Positions 61,235 to 64,000 of a stretch of DNA of 64,000 nucleotides are shown in pieces. Position numbers and translations under genes: made by a program. A model generated the notes under the pieces. The model was given only the letters and a program-made list of their open reading frames with translations. It ran no database searches and had not been told where the DNA came from. The stretch comes from Chiloscyllium plagiosum (taxonomy: Eukaryota). Position 1 is the stretch's first letter, and the number at the start of each line of letters is the position of its first letter. Location: assembly GCF_004010195.1 (NCBI RefSeq), contig NC_057749.1, positions 8,063,901 to 8,127,900 of the forward strand, written 5' to 3'.

Positions 61235-61970
61235 TTTTTTTGATGTTCATTAACAGAATGTGAGTGTCACTGGCTGGCCAGTTTTGTCCAGCGCACAGTT
61301 GAGTCAACCACATTGCTGTGGCTCTGGAGTCACATGTAGGCCAGACCAGGACAACCGGTTTTGTTCCCTGAAGGGCATTAGTGAATCAAATAGGCTTTTA
61401 CAACAATCAACTGTGCTTAACATAGGGCCAACTTTTTAATTCCAGATTTTTATTGCATGTAAATGTCACCATCTACCTTGGTGGGGTTTGAAACAAACAG
61501 AATTCTGGAGAAGCTCAGCAGGTCTGGCAGCATCCATGGAGAGAGAGCAACAAAAGTAACATTTCAAGTCTGGTATGACTCTTAATCAGAATGCATAACT
61601 TGAACCCATACCCCCAAAACCCCAGGGGTAGCATGGTAACTCAGTGGTTAACAATTCCAGCCTCGTGCAACTGTCCATGTGGAGGTTGCATGCTCTCTCT
61701 GTGTCTGTGTGGGTTTACTCCCATAGTCCAAAGATGTGCCATGCGAAATTGCCTGTATTGTCCATGGATGTGTAGGTGATGTCAATGAGCCTTGGGAAAT
61801 GGAGGGATAGGAGGGATAGGATAGGATAGGGTTGTTGTGTGTTCTTCAGAGGTTTCATGTGGACTTGATGGGCCAAACGGCTTGATTCCACACTATAAGG
61901 ATTCTTTGTAAACATTAATCTGAGATTCCAGATTACTAGCTCAGTGACATTGCCACCAAATTACTGCCTG
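61235..61970. mobile_element. SINE family 2 (-) with nested PLE family-C terminus (61495-61590) and HE1 (61626-61905)
   Basis: 'ccacattgctgtggctctggagtcacatgtaggccagaccagg'; 'ctcagcaggtctggcagcatcc'; HE1 tail. Confidence 0.7.
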
Positions 61971-62456
61971 CCCTTGTGTCTGCCTCTATAACAACGTAAA
62001 CAAATCTCTGAGGAGCAGACACATTCTCTTGGAAAATATTTATCCCTCAATCAATGCAACTGGGACCTCAATGAAACATAAATAGGAACAAAAAATGTTG
62101 GAAACAATCAGAAGGTCAGGCAGCCTCATTGGAGAGAGAAATGGTGTTAACATTTCTAAATCCTTGACTTTTCAACAGAACCTTCACTAAACACAATGGA
62201 AACTTCATTTCAGCTGCTGTTCGTGGGATCTTGTGTGAAAATTGGCCAACGTTTCCTATTGCTGCAGTAGTGACTGCACTTCCTTGGCTGTAGAGACCCT
62301 GGGCAAGCTCTGTGATCCTGAAAGCATTAATGTGTAAGTTCTTCTTCAGGCAGTCATTAAGCTCTGTGTCCAACGAAAATATATAAGGAAAGTCTGATCC
62401 CATTCTCTCCCTCAACATCCACATTTACTGTCCACATTTCCAACTCCCCTTTCACC

Positions 62457-62498
62457 CCCTCGGAAGCAATTAGACTTGCCCTCGGAAGCAATTAGACT
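62457..62498 (+). repeat. Perfect 20-bp direct duplication (period 22)
   Basis: ccctcggaagcaattagact-tg-ccctcggaagcaattagact. Confidence 0.95.
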
Positions 62499-64000
62499 CT
62501 AGCCGTGAGTAGCTTAATATATAGGAGCTGCTGGGAGGTGGTCGATTAACTCAGTTGGCTGGTTTGTGATGCCAGCAGTGTGGGTTCCATTCCTGAAGTG
62601 GCTGAGGTTGTCATAAAGGACTCTCCTTCTCAACATTCTCCCCTTAACCAAGGCACCAGTGTTGTAATTCTGCTGGGGACAGCAAGATTATGGTGATTTT
62701 ACCTAAAGGCACCAGGACTGCTTTGGGTAAGGGATCAAGTGGTATATTTCTTCAAATTAGTTTCTGATGCAACAAGGATATAGTTACACTCAAGGTATGG
62801 TTAAAGTTCAAGAGCACCATAAATGCAGTCCAACTTTGATAGATAAATAACCACAGAGAGTGCTGGAGAAACTCGGCAAGTTTGCAGCATCTGCACGGAG
62901 AGAAACAGAGTTAGTGGAGGGGAGGCAGGAATGCAGAGACATCAGATCAGCCAGGATTTTGTTGAACAGTAGCACTCTCTTCAAGGGCTGAACGGCCTAC
63001 TCCTGCTTCTAATTCACGTTTTCCTAAATGGAATGGTCTTCTGAGAATCGCTACAACTGGATCAGGAGAGGCAAAGAATATTTCCATTGGCCCATCCATA
63101 CAGTGGCTGATGCAAAAGTATTTAGTATTACCATCAGCTTCAACTGTAAAATATGTCATTATCCAGCAGCATCAAATCCCCCACTACAAACCCATCAGGG
63201 ACTCTCAGCCTTTGAATTAGTATAATATTTCTGCTCTGAACTTTACACACTGGGGACATGACTGAGAGCAGCAACTCCTCACTTTACCTGTAATCTTTAA
63301 TAACCATCAGTGAGTGTGGTCCTTTATCACTTATTTCGGTACTGTGTTTGAATTCAAGTCTCTGGAGATGGAATGCAGTGCAGTTGTTTAATTGGATTGT
63401 ATTCAATTAACTGTATCTTTGCTTCCCATATCCTGACACTGGGATCCATCTGAAATCTCTTCTACTGTTGCCAATGCAAATGTGACAATTGATAGGGTTT
63501 TAGACTATATATCATGCAAGCCTGCTGTGTGATTTAATTGCACCAAGTCTCATGTGATATATATCATTTCACAATCATTTTTTGATAATTTCATTGCTGC
63601 GGAAATTGGCATTTCACGCGGGCAAGAAAACAAAAAAATATAGAAGAGTTTATTATATGAGTGGGGAGAAGGGATATAGCATTGGGACTGTGCCATCTAT
63701 CGGTCTCAATTACAATGCGAGTGGACGAGACAGAAATACTAAAACAGCCCTCACACAGCCCAGAGGTAGCTTAAAACAAGTGTTCTTGCATGAATCTCTG
63801 TGAATCTTGCATATTTATGCATTCGGCTTTTCAGCGAAAACAGAGAAATTATTCTTGCTGTTTTCTGAACTTTGGCAGTGAATGAATCCATAATGTATTA
63901 AGCAGCATGGTCAAACTGAGTAACTCGAAAAATTACTGCTGCTTCTTATGAATCATAAGGAGGTGTTGGCAATTGATAAACAAAGAAAAAAGGATAAGTA

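Overview
Repeat-dense vertebrate genomic DNA, almost certainly from a cartilaginous fish (shark). This is inferred from more than 20 copies of the elasmobranch HE1 V-SINE and many CR1/HER1-type LINE tails. I could not recognise any host protein-coding exon, rRNA, genuine tRNA or CRISPR array. The window looks like a large intron or intergenic region, and nearly every listed ORF is a translation of SINE, LINE or Penelope sequence. Mobile content: HE1 SINEs; a second tRNA-headed SINE sharing its 3' tail with a LINE; Deu-domain SINE remnants; CR1 and Rex1/Babar LINE fragments; Penelope-like elements (PLEs) with RT and GIY-YIG remnants; a Harbinger-type element with a Myb/SANT remnant; and a probable solo LTR. 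Five structures stand out. (1) At least four families of minimal type-I hammerhead ribozyme motifs in PLE termini; several occur as ~170-230 bp head-to-head palindromic mini-elements joined at the ribozyme core, some with target-site duplications (TSDs). (2) A chain of abutting perfect hairpins at 15797-15889. (3) An old fold-back at 50907-52344, with a younger inverted copy of one arm pasted into a nearby SINE. (4) A local inverted duplication at 29486-30772. (5) A degenerate ~23-bp minisatellite. Repeat boundaries were read by eye and are approximate (typically +/-10-30 bp) unless a TSD is quoted.
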